NCBI RefSeq assembly: GCF_964194155.1
Contig: NC_135884.1
Coordinates: 46,500,001 to 46,564,000 of the forward strand
DNA: 64,000 nt
Reading direction: 5' to 3'
Source: Cetorhinus maximus
Taxonomy: Eukaryota
In this document: one piece after another, positions 50,536 to 63,900 of the stretch
Layout: each line of letters begins with the position of its first letter
Numbering within the stretch: position 1 is the stretch's first letter
Position numbers and translations under genes: made by a program
The notes under the pieces: generated by a model
Databases searched by the model: none
Seen by the model: only the letters and a program-made list of their open reading frames with translations
What the model was told of the DNA's origin: nothing

Positions 50536-53500
50536 AGACACAACTCACTAGGGATAGTGCACTGTAATATCAATCCCCATTGGTCCCCGCGATGCAACAA
50601 ATGTGAAAAGTTTGATCAAACCACCGGATCACTCCACTTCTACCAAATGTTTAATTCCGGTTAACAGAACACAAGCACAGGGTTTGTAAATTTAATAAGT
50701 AAATAACTGTTTATTGAACAAACTGTCATTAACCAGTGGCAAATGAAGGAAATATGAATTGCTAATTTCTAACTCTATAACCTAAACTCTACTCCTTCTT
50801 AAATCTCTATACACACACATCCAAACACATAAGGCACACAAGACATGGATTTTAAGGATGGGATAAAATAGTTCAATAGCACCAATTCCAGAGTACAGGA
50901 TTTGATGGGCTGATTTTGATTGATGTCTTCCAAATTCTTTTCGGTTCTTGTTGATGACACGAGGTGGTCTTCCAGCACTTTCAGTATTTAGTTCACTGGT
51001 TGAGCAATTGCCTTTCAATGTCTCTAACAGCGATTTTCCCCTTTGCCTCTTGACAGGGCTTTTTAGAGAGAGAGCAGGTTATAAAGATACGAAGGGAAAA
51101 AAAGCCAGATAGCTATTATTGTGGAATTACAGGAATCTTCCACACACATGAGCAAGAGGTTTTAGGTCTTGTTCCTTTCAGGCTAGGAGCTATTCTACTG
51201 CACTGCTTTCACACAAAACCTGGTTACCTGGTCAGGAGCCAATTAAGGCATTGTTGCCAGACAGCTCCCTTGGCCCAGGATTCCTTTCTGGCACCATCCT
51301 GTTTTTCATGGCACACTCTGTTCCAGGACTGCAACATTGTATATATCTCTCATCTTGTTATAGTGGACATGTCTTTCAAACTGCAGCCATTGTAATTTTA
51401 ATCCACAGTCCAACAGAAATAAAAGATATGTTCCTTACATGCCTCCAGCTTTATAAGAGATGAAACGCCATTTCAAAAAGTACGTTTCATCACAAGGTTT
51501 GTGACTCATGGACATCAAAACACAAGGTTTACTTTCATTCATCCTTCCTCCCCCTTATACAGTCTTGTATAATCTTCAGCATTTCTTATCCCTTTAACTT
51601 ATTTCAGTAGTTTACACCTGGGAGAATGCACCCGCGATCACATTATCTTTGCCGGCAATGTGAACAATCTTCACATTGAATGGTTTAACCAATAGAATCC
51701 ATCTAAACAGTCTCCCATTTCGAATTTTAAACTTTTCAATGAATGTCAGCAGATTAAAGTCAGTGTAGATTAGTGTTTCTTTGTTATCTTGTCAGACATA
51801 AACTTCAAAGCGTTGAAGAGACAACAACAATGCTAGAGTTTATTTTTCTACTGTAGAGTACTTCCTCTGATATTGATTTAGTTTCTTGGAAAAGCACCCC
51901 ACCAGCTTCTCTATCCCTAATTTATCATTGTGTAATAGGACTGCACCTACCCCCAAGGCACTAGCATCAATTCCCATTTTAAAAGGTTTGGTAAAGTCAG
52001 GGCAGCCAACACTGGTTCATTTATTAAGATTGCCTTCAACTTTTCAGAGGCTGCTTGGCAGTCCGCTGACCATACCACTTTTGCCTGTTTTCTTAACAAA
52101 TTGGTGAGAGGTACAGCTATTGTGCTGAAGTAAGGCACAATCTTCCGATAAAACCCGCACATTCCCAAAAATCTCATGACTTCTCATGCTACTTTACATG
52201 CTCCTGTGAGTCTTTCCAGAAACATGGTCACATAATCCAACATGGAGGATTTGACTTTCTGCTTCAGGAACTTTTCCCTAATCACTTTTAATGGACCTCT
52301 TATTTCATGACTATAGATCAATTTGAATGGACTAAATCCAGTAGATTCATTCAGAGAATCTCTGGTAGCAAATAGTAAGAAACCTAATCCTTTGTCCCAG
52401 TCCTTTGGTTATTCATGGCAATAGGTCTTAATCATGGTTTTGAGAGTTTGATGGTATCTTTCTAAAGCTCCCTGTGTCTGTGGGTGATAGGTGGTAGACT
52501 TTAGTTGTTTGATACCCAAATTGCTGATCATGTCCTGGAAAATTTTAGACATGAAGTTATAACCTTGATGAGATTGTATTTCAATTGGTAGGCCATAACG
52601 AGTGAAAAGCTTTTCCAGTACCACCTTAGCTATAATTGTCCTTAAAGGAATAGCTTCTGGAAATTGTTGTCATATCCATGATTGTACGGGTATACTGATG
52701 TCCTGCTTTTGTTTTACATAATGGTCCTACACAATCTACTAATACGCGACTGAATGGTTCATCAAAAATTGGTATGGTATTAAAGGTGCTGGTTTGATTA
52801 CATGTTGAGGTTTACCTGCTACCTGACAAAATGTATGGCATGTTTCACAAAATTGCACTATATCGTTATGAAGTTTTGGCCAGGTAAAATGCCTGTTTAT
52901 TGATGCTTGAAACCCATAGGGGTTTCATGTGCTACTCTCAATATCTCCTTACAATATTTGGGTGGTGCCACTATCTGATGAACAACCATCCATTCCTCAT
53001 ACACAGGTCTGTGGGGGTGTCTCCACTTCTTCATCAGAACTCTGTTTTTAAGGTAATAGCACTCCTGAACTCCTTTAGCTTCAGCTTCAGTGAGCTGACT
53101 GTGCTAACTTGTTTAACTCTGGATCTATTTTCTGAGCCTCAATTAATGAAGATATGCCAAACACTTCTTTTGAATTATCCTCATCCTTAAAGGTTTTGGC
53201 TACTCTAACATCTGCTCGTGGTATTATTTTGACCTCTGGAGATGGACTTGCTCTGGTCACCATACACGATGGAAAAATACCTGGAACCCGTTCTTGTGAC
53301 CGCTCTGTCTCTTTAGCCTCTCTCGGACTTTCCATAATTATGGGTGAAGTTATAAACTTCACTCCTGCCATATCATTCCCCAGGAGCAAATCAACTCCAT
53401 CCACGGGTAATTTCTTAATCACTCCTACAACCACCAATATAGACAACAAATCACACTTCAATTGCACTTTGTACAATGGAGTATACTTTCCACTTATCAC

Positions 53501-55996
53501 ATTTACCAATACTTTAGCTTTCATTGAACTCTTTGGAGAGAAAACTAGGTCCTTCTCCAGCAAAAGAGTTTGAGTAGCTCCTGTGTCCCTTAATATAGTT
53601 ATGGGTTTAGCTGCATCATTTGGTGAAAAAAGGGCTATCTTTCCTTTAGACAAAAGCCCTTTATATCTTTCATCTGCCTTATTCACTTTACCTGCTTTCA
53701 CAGCAGTGTTTACCTCCAGATCCTCATTTGCTATAGTTAAAGCTATAATTTGATCTGTGGCATTTTCTTTTTAAGTTCCCTTTTCGGCCTCACTCTTACA
53801 AACTCCAATAATCTCCATGTGCTTCCCTCGCAACTTCCAGCATTCTGAAAGAATGTATCCCACTTTATTACAATGGAAATACTTAGACCTTCAAGTTTCA
53901 CCTCCACCTTCAGTACCTTCCTTCCTGATCTGGGGAGGAGATCTCAAGGTATTCCGAGCTATCCATTCTTTACCTTTGCTACTTGCCTTCCTTTTGCTCT
54001 CCCACTTTCTATCCTTTTCAAATTTATGGGGGTGATGGAAAAAAGGTTTAGTTTTATGGGTCAGCTCATAATCATCAGCCCTTACTGCTGCTTGTCTAGC
54101 AGTTGCAACCCTTTGGTCTTCAACATGGATAATTATTACACAAGGTAGGGAGTTTTTACATTCTTCCAAGAAAGTGGTCTCATGAGAACTTCAAAGTTGG
54201 TTTCAACTCCTAATGCTCCTATCCACCTGTCAAAACTACTTTGTTTAATCCTTTCAAATTCAATGTAAGTTTGCTCAGGCTGTTTCCTTAAATTTCAAAA
54301 AATTTTGTCTTCAAGGACCAACTCATATGCATTCAAAATGGCCTTTTTCACCACATCATAATCCCCATAAACCTCCTCTGACAGTGAAGCATAAATTTCC
54401 TGTGCTCTACCTGTCAACTTGCTCTGCATGGGCAATGTCCAGTTTTCCTTTGGCCAGTTCATCTGTTTAGCTATCTTCTCGAATGAAATAAAGAATGCTT
54501 CAACATCCCTGTTCTCAAATTTTGGAAGAGCTTGTACATATGTAAACATCTTCTCACTGGGTTCTGATCTGGAAATAAGTCCTGCCTCACCTACTAGCGT
54601 CTCTTTTTTAACAGTCAGCATTTTAAGCTGGAATTCTCTCTCTCTTTCTCTTTCCTCCTTTTCTAACTTTGCCATTTCTAACTCCCTTTGAAATGTCTTT
54701 TCTCTTTCCTTTTCTGCTGCCTCGAGCTCCAATTTTTTTTTTAATTGCAACTGAATTTGAGCCCATTCCAATGAACCACCCCCTGGGGAACGCGGTTCTC
54801 TCAGGTATTCGTTCCAATTTCAAATGCTGCGCCACCTTTTCAATTATCTCTGCCTTCCTAGCTTTGACAGGCAATCCTATTCTTAATTAACCTGGCTTTT
54901 GGGATCCCTTGTAAAATTGCTGGGGACATCTCTTCCACTTGCATGAAAGCTTTAGCAGTTTCCAGCGCATGTTATTTTTGACTGTACAAACCTGGTGTTA
55001 CCTTTTAGCTTTTATTACTTACTAAATCTGCACCCAAATCATCATTGTTTTTTGTTCCAAAATATCCCGGACCCGATCCCTCAAACTTTATCATGACTCG
55101 CTGAGGATAGTGCGCTGTAATATCAAGCCCCACTGTTCCCTGAGCTGCACCAAATGTGAAAAGTTTGATCAAACCACCAGATTGCCCCAATTCTACCTAA
55201 CTGTTTAATTTAGGTTAACAAAATACAAGCGCCAGGTTTGTAAACTTAATAAGTAAATAACTGTTTTTTTGAACAAACTGCCATTAACCAGTAGCAAATG
55301 AAAGCAATATAAACTGCTAACTTCTAACTCTATAACCTAAACTCTACCGCTTCTTAAATCCCTATACAGACACATACGAGACACATAAGAAACACAAAAA
55401 CATGGATTTTAATGGTGGGATAAAATAGTTCAATAGCACCAATTTCAGAGTACATGATTCAATAGGTTGATTTTGATCCATGTCTTCCAAATGCCTTTCA
55501 GTTCTTGTTGATGACACGAGGTGGTCTTCCAGCACTTTCAGTATTTAGTTCACTGGTTGAGCAATTGCCTTTCAATGTCTCTAACAGCGATTGTCCCCTT
55601 TGCCTCTTGACAGGGCTTTTCAGAGAGAGAGTAGGTTATAGAGATGTCAGGGAAAAAAGCCAGTTAGCTATTATTGTGGAATTACTGGAATCTTCCACAC
55701 ACAGGAGCAAGAGGTTTTAGGTCTTGTTCCCTTCAGGCTAGGAGCTATTCCGCTGCACTGCTCTCACACAAGCCCCAGATCACTTGGTCAGGAGCCAATT
55801 AAAATGTTGTTGCCAGACAGCTCCCATGGTCCAGGACTGCTTTCTGGCACCATCCTGTCTTTCCTGGTACACTCTGTTCCAGGACTGCAACATTGTGTAT
55901 ATCTTTCATTCTGTTCCAGTGGACATGTTTTTCAAACTGTAGACATTGTAATTTTAATCCACAGTCCATCAGAAATAAAAAGATATGTTCTTTACA
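50536..55996 (-). mobile_element. Gmr1-type Gypsy LTR retrotransposon (INT upstream of RT), with the RT core deleted
   Basis: LTRs of ~905 bp at 50536-51439 and 55089-55996; TSD GCAG/ACAG; degenerate tRNA-Pro PBS (TGAGGGATCGGGTCCGGGAT on minus, ~55065-55085). SCAN-like gag (FFISFEKIA..MNWP..W...LTGRAQEIY), protease RDTGATQTLL, integrase YHPQTQGALERYHQTLK, then RFLGMCGFYR / RNase H. Confidence 0.92.
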
Positions 55997-56249
55997 ACAG
56001 AGAGTAGTGTTGAAAAGTTGTCTACGAATTGTAGTGGTGAACGGCTGTTTACAGAGAGTAGTGGTGAACGGTTGTTTACAGAGAGTAATGCTGAATAGCT
56101 GTTTACAGAGAGCAGTGCTGCATGGTTGTTTACAGAGAGCAGTGCTGAATGGTTGTTTACGGGCTGGAGGAAGATGTACTGTCTTGTTCTCCCGGGGTCA
56201 GTATTAATATCGCTGCTTTTCTTGATATGTGTGAATGGCTTAGACAATT

Positions 56250-57058
56250 TTAAAATTTGCAGATGACACAACACTTGGAAATATGTGAACTGTGAGGAGG
56301 ATAGTGACAGACTTAAAGACAACATAGAGAGGCTGGCAGAATGTGCCAGCACGTGGCAGATACAATTTACTGTAGAGACTTGTGAAGTGATACGTTTTTG
56401 AAAGGAGGAACAAGAAAGGGCAATAAGAAAATAAAGAATATAATTCTAAAGAGACTACTGGAGCCAAGGGAGCTGAGAATATATGCACACTAATCATTAA
56501 ATGTGACAGGGCAGGTTGAGAAAGTCAATGGGATCCTGGGATTTATAAATTGGAGTATAGTGCACGAAGACAAGGTATAGTGTAAAATATAAAACACTGT
56601 TTCAGCCTCAGCTGGAGTACTGTGTTCAATTCTGGGCTGTACACTTTAGGAAGGATGTGAAGGCATTCTAGGGGATGCAAAATGACAATGGTTTGCAGGG
56701 GTGATGGACTTCAGTTACTTAGTTTGGAGAAGATTAGGAGAAACTGTTCCCATTGGTGGAAAGGTCGAGAACCAGAGGACACTGACTTAAAGTGAATGGA
56801 AAAAGGACCAAAGGCAGTGTGAATAAAGCTTTTTAATGCAGCATGTGGTTAGGAATACATTGTCTGAGAGTGCGGTAGAGACAGATTCAATCATGGCTTT
56901 CAAATGAGAATTGGATAATTATACGAAGGAAAAAAATGCAGGGCTATGATGAAAAAGTGGAAGAGTGGGAAATGCTGACCTGCTCATACAGAGAGCTGGC
57001 AGGAGCACCACAGGCACACTCGCCTCCCTCTGTGCTGCAACCATTCTATCATTCTATG
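56250..57058 (+). mobile_element. Old 5'-truncated CR1 LINE
   Basis: KFADDT.L and PQLEYCVQFW remnants and a TTCTATCATTCTATG tail. Confidence 0.8.
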
Positions 57059-57084
57059 TTAATAATAATTCCTATTAAAGAAGA

Positions 57085-57185
57085 CCTGAAGAAGGGTTAT
57101 CGACCAGAATCGTTAACTTTGTTTCTCTACCCATTGCTGCTGCCTGCCCTGCTGAGTATTTCCAGCACTTTCTGTTTCTATTTGA
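57085..57185 (+). mobile_element. Penelope-like 3' tail fragment
   Basis: CTGAAGAAGGG...CTGCTGAGTATTTCCAGCA..TTCTGTTT. Confidence 0.6.
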
Positions 57186-60100
57186 GATTAACACACCCAG
57201 TCACCGGAATCACACCGTGTGGTGTAACGTTGTCTCCCTCTGGTGGATTTAACGTTGCACTGCACAACTCGAAAATCATCACGAGGCAACAATGTCACAA
57301 ACGAGAATATAAAGTGTTTCTGCAAAAATCACGAAGAATTGAAATGGCAGGAAGTGTGCCCACAAAATGAAAATTTGGAACAAACAAATGTACAAATATA
57401 ACTCTGCACCGTACAATTGTACAGTTGTATTTTGGTTACTTGTTACCATGATCTCAGCCGGTGCAGATAGAAAAATCACTATTTGCTGTAATGTTATACG
57501 ACCAAACTGTGTAAACCTTCGTGTATTATCGGATCCTATATTACAGAATGTGAAAGCAGCGGGTAGAAACAGATAGTAAATTAGCATATGTTGTAGCTTT
57601 TGCCAGCCGGCAGGAGTATGTCTATTAAAAGACCCTCGGGTTTAATCCTTGCACACACCATGGCTTTGTACAAGTAACTTTCTGCCACAATTACTTCAGT
57701 TTACCGAAATCCAACAGATAGAAAGAAATTGATGACCAAACGATATGTGTCTGAAAGCTTAAGCCTGACACCACAGTCGCTAATCATATCATGTAATGAT
57801 TCCTCACGTGGCTAATTTCTTTCATTTTTGAAGAAGTTTTCCAGTAAAACATCATGTAATCATTTTTACTGCTGATTCTGCATAAATTAGGATCAGAATT
57901 TCAATCTGTCTGACTGAGTTAAAGAGCATCTTTGAAGACAAAGTCGCTCACTACCCTGTACTCATTGTGATGTGGAATTTGCAGCGTTAGGGATGAATGG
58001 CAAATTTTGATAGTCGGTGAAGGGTTTCAGAATTCTCAATAACTGGAGCAACTTTGACTTATCCAAAACGGCAAATGCTAAAGGTGTCCGGAACAGCGAA
58101 GCTGATTGGCGTTGAAGGGCGAGACTGCTGCAATTAGCACGAACACGGTAACAGCTTCTCCAGGTCGAAGCCTTCAGGGGTTGTAATTACAACACTGTCC
58201 CTTCTCTTTCTTTAAACCCCAATGAGATTTCCCATGGGCGGCCTGTCAGTCATTAACACGCTCACTGCGATGGCGTTTTAACGGGCCTCCGGCTCCCCGC
58301 CCTTCCACACAGTGCTTCGGTAACCTAGCAAGATGGCGAAGTGGAAAGTTTGAGACTAAGACGCTGATTAAGAGCGAACAGTTTGTAACTTGATTGATTT
58401 ACCTGTCTGTATTTTTCCAAGAAACATCAGTATTACTGGACAATGACATTGCGTATCCTATGGGTGTAAATGTTGAGCAGCTGATGAATTATATACATGC
58501 GAGTGGATTGTTGTTTGGCTAGGGCTACGATCCTATTGACATATTCGTGTGTCTGTTATGCATGAAGACAACGTTTGTGATTGTAACATGTATATGTGAC
58601 AGCATTACATAAAATACATCCGCGTCTCTCTGCTCTTGTAAATTAATGGAAATCTCGATTATATAGTGTGCATGTTAGTGTTTGTCTCCACACTATATAC
58701 CGTGTATCACTGGAACTATGGCTCTAATTGTGTACATAACACATGTGACAACCTGTGTTGGCACCATAGTTACAGGAATGTATATGCATGAGTATTAAAG
58801 CTGAACCATTAGGGAGACCCCATTAGCGAAAAACGAAATACGGTGTAGGTTCCGGTGTTACAGGGTTGGGTCTAGGCTGCCTACCCTGATTAGTCAGGAG
58901 CCGTTTGCTTTGATTTGACAATGAGACACTTCCACCACCAACTCGTCATTTCAATCCATAAAGTCATATACAACAATGTGACTAAATCGGCTTAAGGAGT
59001 TTCATTTCCATTCCTTCTGGTGCTGGAGCGATAGTGATCCGACTTGCTCGAGTGTCTCAGCCGAGACTCAGGCGGTTAATCCGGTCCCTGTAAAAAAAAA
59101 TCGCTTCAACCGTGTCCCGCAAAGAAGAAATGCCGCCCAGTTGTCCCCGGAAGAGCCCCTGAGTTTGGAGAGGTTAACATGTATTACCGAGCCACATGTG
59201 AGGCTCAAATGAACATCACAGCGGGATGGGCAGCTCGCTTCTCTGTAAATTCAAGTGTGTGGAGGGAGGAGGCGGTGGGGCGAAATAAACTGGGAAACGA
59301 GACGAACCGAACCGAAGAATGGGAAGTGGTTGGGGTTGGGGGGTGGGGGGGGAGGGTGGAGAGGGGGTGAAGAAAGCATAAAAGCTTTTAGGTGTGTGAA
59401 ATCGTCCCACAAGAATGTTAAACAGCACGACGGTATGTTACAGACATTCTGTAACATTTCCAAGCGGAGATCAAATCTTGGAGAAACGGATGTAGAAGTG
59501 AGTCTGTGACAGCTGCATTAAAACACTGTCAGAGGAATGTGAGAAGCTGCAGCCCTTGGCCGAGCGCCGATCTGCCCAAAACTGAGGGATTAATGATCCG
59601 ATAAAGGGCGAAAGGGAGAAGCCCCAGTTGATAGAATCCATAAGAAAGTGCAGTTTGATGGAGTATTTGAAGGTGGGAGGTAATCTCTGTGGTGTAAAGC
59701 AGTTCTGATAGCGAGGTAATGCACCTGTCAATGAGAATTAAAGCGCCACAAACCCTCCTGTGAATCCCGCATGGCAAAACCTACTGCTCCCATTGAGTCA
59801 GGGGACGTCAATCACAAAGAACACCCCCATCCCCCTCCCCCTCCAGACCTCTTCACACTCTGTCCTGTTCCAAATAACAAACTCGGGAACTCTGTACCTC
59901 AGGAGCATTCTTTATATTAAAAAGCATCGCGGTCCATAACTATCTCCTGCAGCAAAATGAGTAGCCCTGTCTTGGTTATGGAGTTGCCGACTATGGCCGT
60001 TTACTTTATTGCTGACCGGTACATCGAGGTGAAGCGACCTTTAAGCGGCGCTTTCTCCACACACCGGTACAGGCTCGGCAGCGAAACGCACGGATTTCCC

Positions 60101-60319
60101 AGCCCAGGGCAGAGCGGTTGATGTTTTTTTAAAAATTGTGTCATCTGCCACGCTAATTACAGCAGAAAACATCGAGATCTGTAGTTAATCTTTTTTAATG
60201 AATGTAGATTGATGGGATATCCTAAAAATAACCCCACCCCCCCAAACAAAATCCAAGTTAGATAGCTGATTAGGAAATTCGCACGGATACATACAAGGTA
60301 ACACGTATTAATAAATATG

Positions 60320-60960
60320 CACATGTAGTAACATATTTACACATTAACAGTCACAAACTAACAAACCAAGGCACGATAACATAGTCATACACTAACACAC
60401 ACACCAACACAGTCACAAACTAACACACACTAGCACACACACATTAACTCACAGACTAATGCAATCACGCATTAAGCCACACATCACACAATAACACACA
60501 CACTAACACACAAAGCCACACATTAATATGTACAATAAACAGATACTAACAGTCACACCTTAATCCACACACTAACACATTAATGCACAAACACGGTGGT
60601 ACACACACTAACACTGATACACACTAACAGTCAGACATCACACTAACACACAATCTCAGTCACACAATGACACACATACAGCAACACACTCAGAAACTTA
60701 CACAAACGTTTTGACAAATAAACATTAACACATGCATAACATAAACACTGACACACCAACTCCCATGAACACCACCACACACTAATGCACTAACAGACAC
60801 ACATACAATAACACACAGCGACACACTGATAAACACACAAACACTTACTAAACACATACAGTAACACATAGACTAATACACACACTAACAGTCACACATT
60901 AACACACACTCACTAACAGACTAATGCACACACTAACACAGACCCACGTTAACACACACT
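60320..60960. repeat. Degenerate CA-rich low-complexity repeat (ACACACTAAC-like)
   Basis: Visible directly. Confidence 0.85.
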
Positions 60961-63900
60961 AGGTAACCCATGAAACGAATTTCTCCAAAAAGAAAGGATC
61001 AGTGTAAACTCCAGACACGTACTGACAATCGATTGTGAAATCGGGAATGATTTAAGTGAGATGCCTCCGACATCCTTCCAACCTGCCAGTGTCATTCATT
61101 CTAATACAGAGATGTGCGGCTCCTGTTCCGCTTCACCGCCTCATCTCAACTTTCCCAAACACGGATCAATAACACAAACCAACCCCAAATTCAATTTGTA
61201 ATCGACTTGAAAAGTTTAAGCCGTCAACTTCTAACCTTATGGATCTGATTGAATGAAAAGCAAACAGGTAGCGGCTCTGAGCTTTGCACGCTGGGTGAAG
61301 CACAAGGAGGGTGAAACTGCAATTCCATTATAAACACTCAACTGACTTTATCTCGGCGGCATGTCACACCCAGCAGAGTCCCGCCAGCCTTGCAAAGCGT
61401 CAGATCGCCGGCTCCTTAAATCGGCCGCGTACACATCGAGATATTGGGCATGAATGTGAGTGCAGCGCCTGCAGTCTCTCTAACCTCACCTGAGAAGAGT
61501 CTCATTGCAGCGCACTGCTCCCTGTCCCCCAGACCTCTCCGCTCAGGGATTTTTCTCCTCTGCACTCTCAGACCGTCACATGTAGATCTCTCCGCTCCAT
61601 AGCTGCGGACACTCCGCAGGGGTTAAAGCCCAGTAACGGGACAGCAACTGCCGGCTCCTCAGCGCCTCCCTATCCCGCAGGAGACAAGCCTTTCCCCAGG
61701 GGGTGGTGACAGATGGCTCCTGCCAGTTCCAGGCTTTCTCTGTTCCTCTCTCTCTCTCTCTCTCTCTCAGTTGTTCGTGTTTTAATTATCCTCTTGATTT
61801 CTTTAAGAGACAGAGAGGGTGATTAAGTATCGTTTATCCATCGAGTTCTCCCTCCAGCGTGTTAGAGGGCCGGTTAAAGGATGGTTCGTTTCAAGGTCCT
61901 TGGTTGGGATCGGGAGTGATAAAAGTTGCAGAAATTGATGCGATTATTCTTTGTAAACTGTGCTCCTCTCTGATCCTCCACTTCTCACGAGATCCCCCTC
62001 TAAGCACTTTGCAAGTCCAGGCGCCGCTCGGCTCCTTGCCTCTCTGCTCGGCAGTTTCAGAAGGGTTATGCTTCAGTGCAGCGGACACTGTGCCCCTGCT
62101 CTGCCATCAGCACCTCCGGCATTAAAGAGAGCGAAGGAGAGACCTGCTCCCATTCCCGCCCAAATGACGTGAAGCCGGCAGCCGCGCCTCTCCGCCGGCT
62201 GAGATCAGTGGGAGCCTCTGCAAGACACTTGCTTTTTATTTCGTTGGGGCTATTCTTTTAATAAGGCAAGAAATTAATCAGTACCCATCTGTTTCCGCCT
62301 CTTCAACTCGCTCGATTTCATTAGAAATAGACAAGAGGATTAGTAGAGACTCAAATCCCTGGGGTCCCTCTCACAACCTTATGCTGCATTGACCTCTGTG
62401 GCCAATAGGAGCGATATACAGGCTGCATTTAATACCCAGGGCTTCCATTTAGTATTTTCTGTTGCTTCTAATTTATTAATCAATAAGATCATTTTTTTTT
62501 ATACAGTAATACCGTCCGGTACCCAGAACCCGCCTTAATTCCTAATTGGGTTTAAATATTTAAAAGCTGCCAAGTTGTTTGAAGCACTGTTTGTAAACCC
62601 TGGCCCTGTGATCCGGGGTTCTGCTGTCTGATGGGTGACAGAATGTTCTTGCCTGACTTGTCCCTGGCAGATTCCGCTGTAAAACCGCGAACCCGTTCAC
62701 TTCTGACCCCACACGAGCTGATGGTGTCGGCGGTTGTGGGGTGGGTTGGGCGGGGTGTGGTTGGGGTGGGGGCGGGGGGTGAGAAGTGGTGAGTTAAGCT
62801 TTAAAAGTGGCTGCAAACCCACCCAGTAATTCAAAGCCCATTTATAGGTAATCTGTGCCCGCTAGCCTGAATGAACTGAATTTAACCGTTTGACATAACT
62901 GATACCTCTTTTCAACAGCCAGTGTTTTAAGGCCAACCGCGGGTCACTGTCCATTTCATTAAGCAGGAACATATCAAGTTTAAAAGAAATGTCCAAGTAT
63001 TGCGAGTGTTATAAAGTACACTTTTAAGCAACTTGACTAAGACTCTGTTGACCCACTGGCTGACGGCCGACGAGTTCCATCTATTGGCGAATATTAACCG
63101 GAAATGCACGGTGGAAGAAATGTTTTTAAACATCTATAACATTTAGAGAGACATCGCACGAGACAAGTGGGTTGTGGTAAAGAGCCCCTCTGTGACTGGC
63201 ATATGCACAATGTTATAGTTAAATAACAGCTCAAGTTACAGTTGCTGCACTTCGAGATCCCATGTTAACACTTCAAATGTCATTCTTAATTTTTGATTAG
63301 GTTTCTACCTTCCTGCAAGAACAAAGCAAGCGCCACGTACCACGGAATCTGTGGGCCGGAGAGATGGAATTAACCCTTTCCGCATCTCTCTAGAATTCCT
63401 CATCAACCAAAACCCAGTCTTCCCAAGCAAGTTTCCGGTTGGGTTCATTATTACACGATTCACGTTTAGTATCGAAGTATTATTTTTTTGCAATGAAATC
63501 TGAATTAAAACCAAAGTAAATCTGTCTCAGTTTGCTTTTCCGAATAATTTAACTACTTGAGAAAAATGTCTTCGGTAATGTGTTTAGCAATTGACTGTAA
63601 TATAACATTAATAACTAGTTAACATTACCAAACCAATCAATATATGAACACCTATGTAGCTGATTCACAGAATAGTATGAATTAGCTACCCAGCGATAAG
63701 ATTGATACAGAAGGAATGGCTGAGAAGACAACTCTGGTCTTAATTTTGTCTTAATATTGTATTATTGATCAGCCATTGTAATTGGTGGTGAACACTGATG
63801 ACTGATTAAGAACATTGTATTTCATGAGTGATTTACAATCCTGTATTAACAACTGGCAATATAGTGAAGCTGATTAACAACCCAATACTAGAGACTGCCA

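Larger units (their letters stand above)
35367..56160. repeat. 27-bp satellite (AGAGTAGTGCTGAAYGGTTGTTTACAG)n with diverged flanks and a homogeneous core at ~38520-42180; interrupted by three TE insertions
   Basis: Tandem repeat visible directly; 9-aa periodic ORFs (RVVLNGCLQ / ESSAEWLFT). The array resumes at 43613-44782, 50484-50535 and 55997-56160. Confidence 0.97.
17200..63500 (-). pseudogene. Decayed multi-exon receptor gene: many FN3 domains, an RPTP-like juxtamembrane domain and a probable tyrosine kinase domain; 5' end likely beyond the window
   Basis: Minus-strand AG/GT-bounded segments with FN3 motifs: 59529-59724 SYGFYQLGLLPFALYRII..VLGRSALGQG; ~58100-58200 LRPGEAVTVFVLIAAV; 57447-57621 YTKVYTVWSYNITANSDFS; ~33813-33970 VNNLATVNVRS...W..P..LGGHIIGFR; 25653-25866 REITLGVLLEGIEYEIAVW. 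Kinase-like segments at 21671-21890, 19428-19558, 18100-18265, 17985-18035 and 17547-17669. Stops and frameshifts occur in most exons. Confidence 0.6.
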
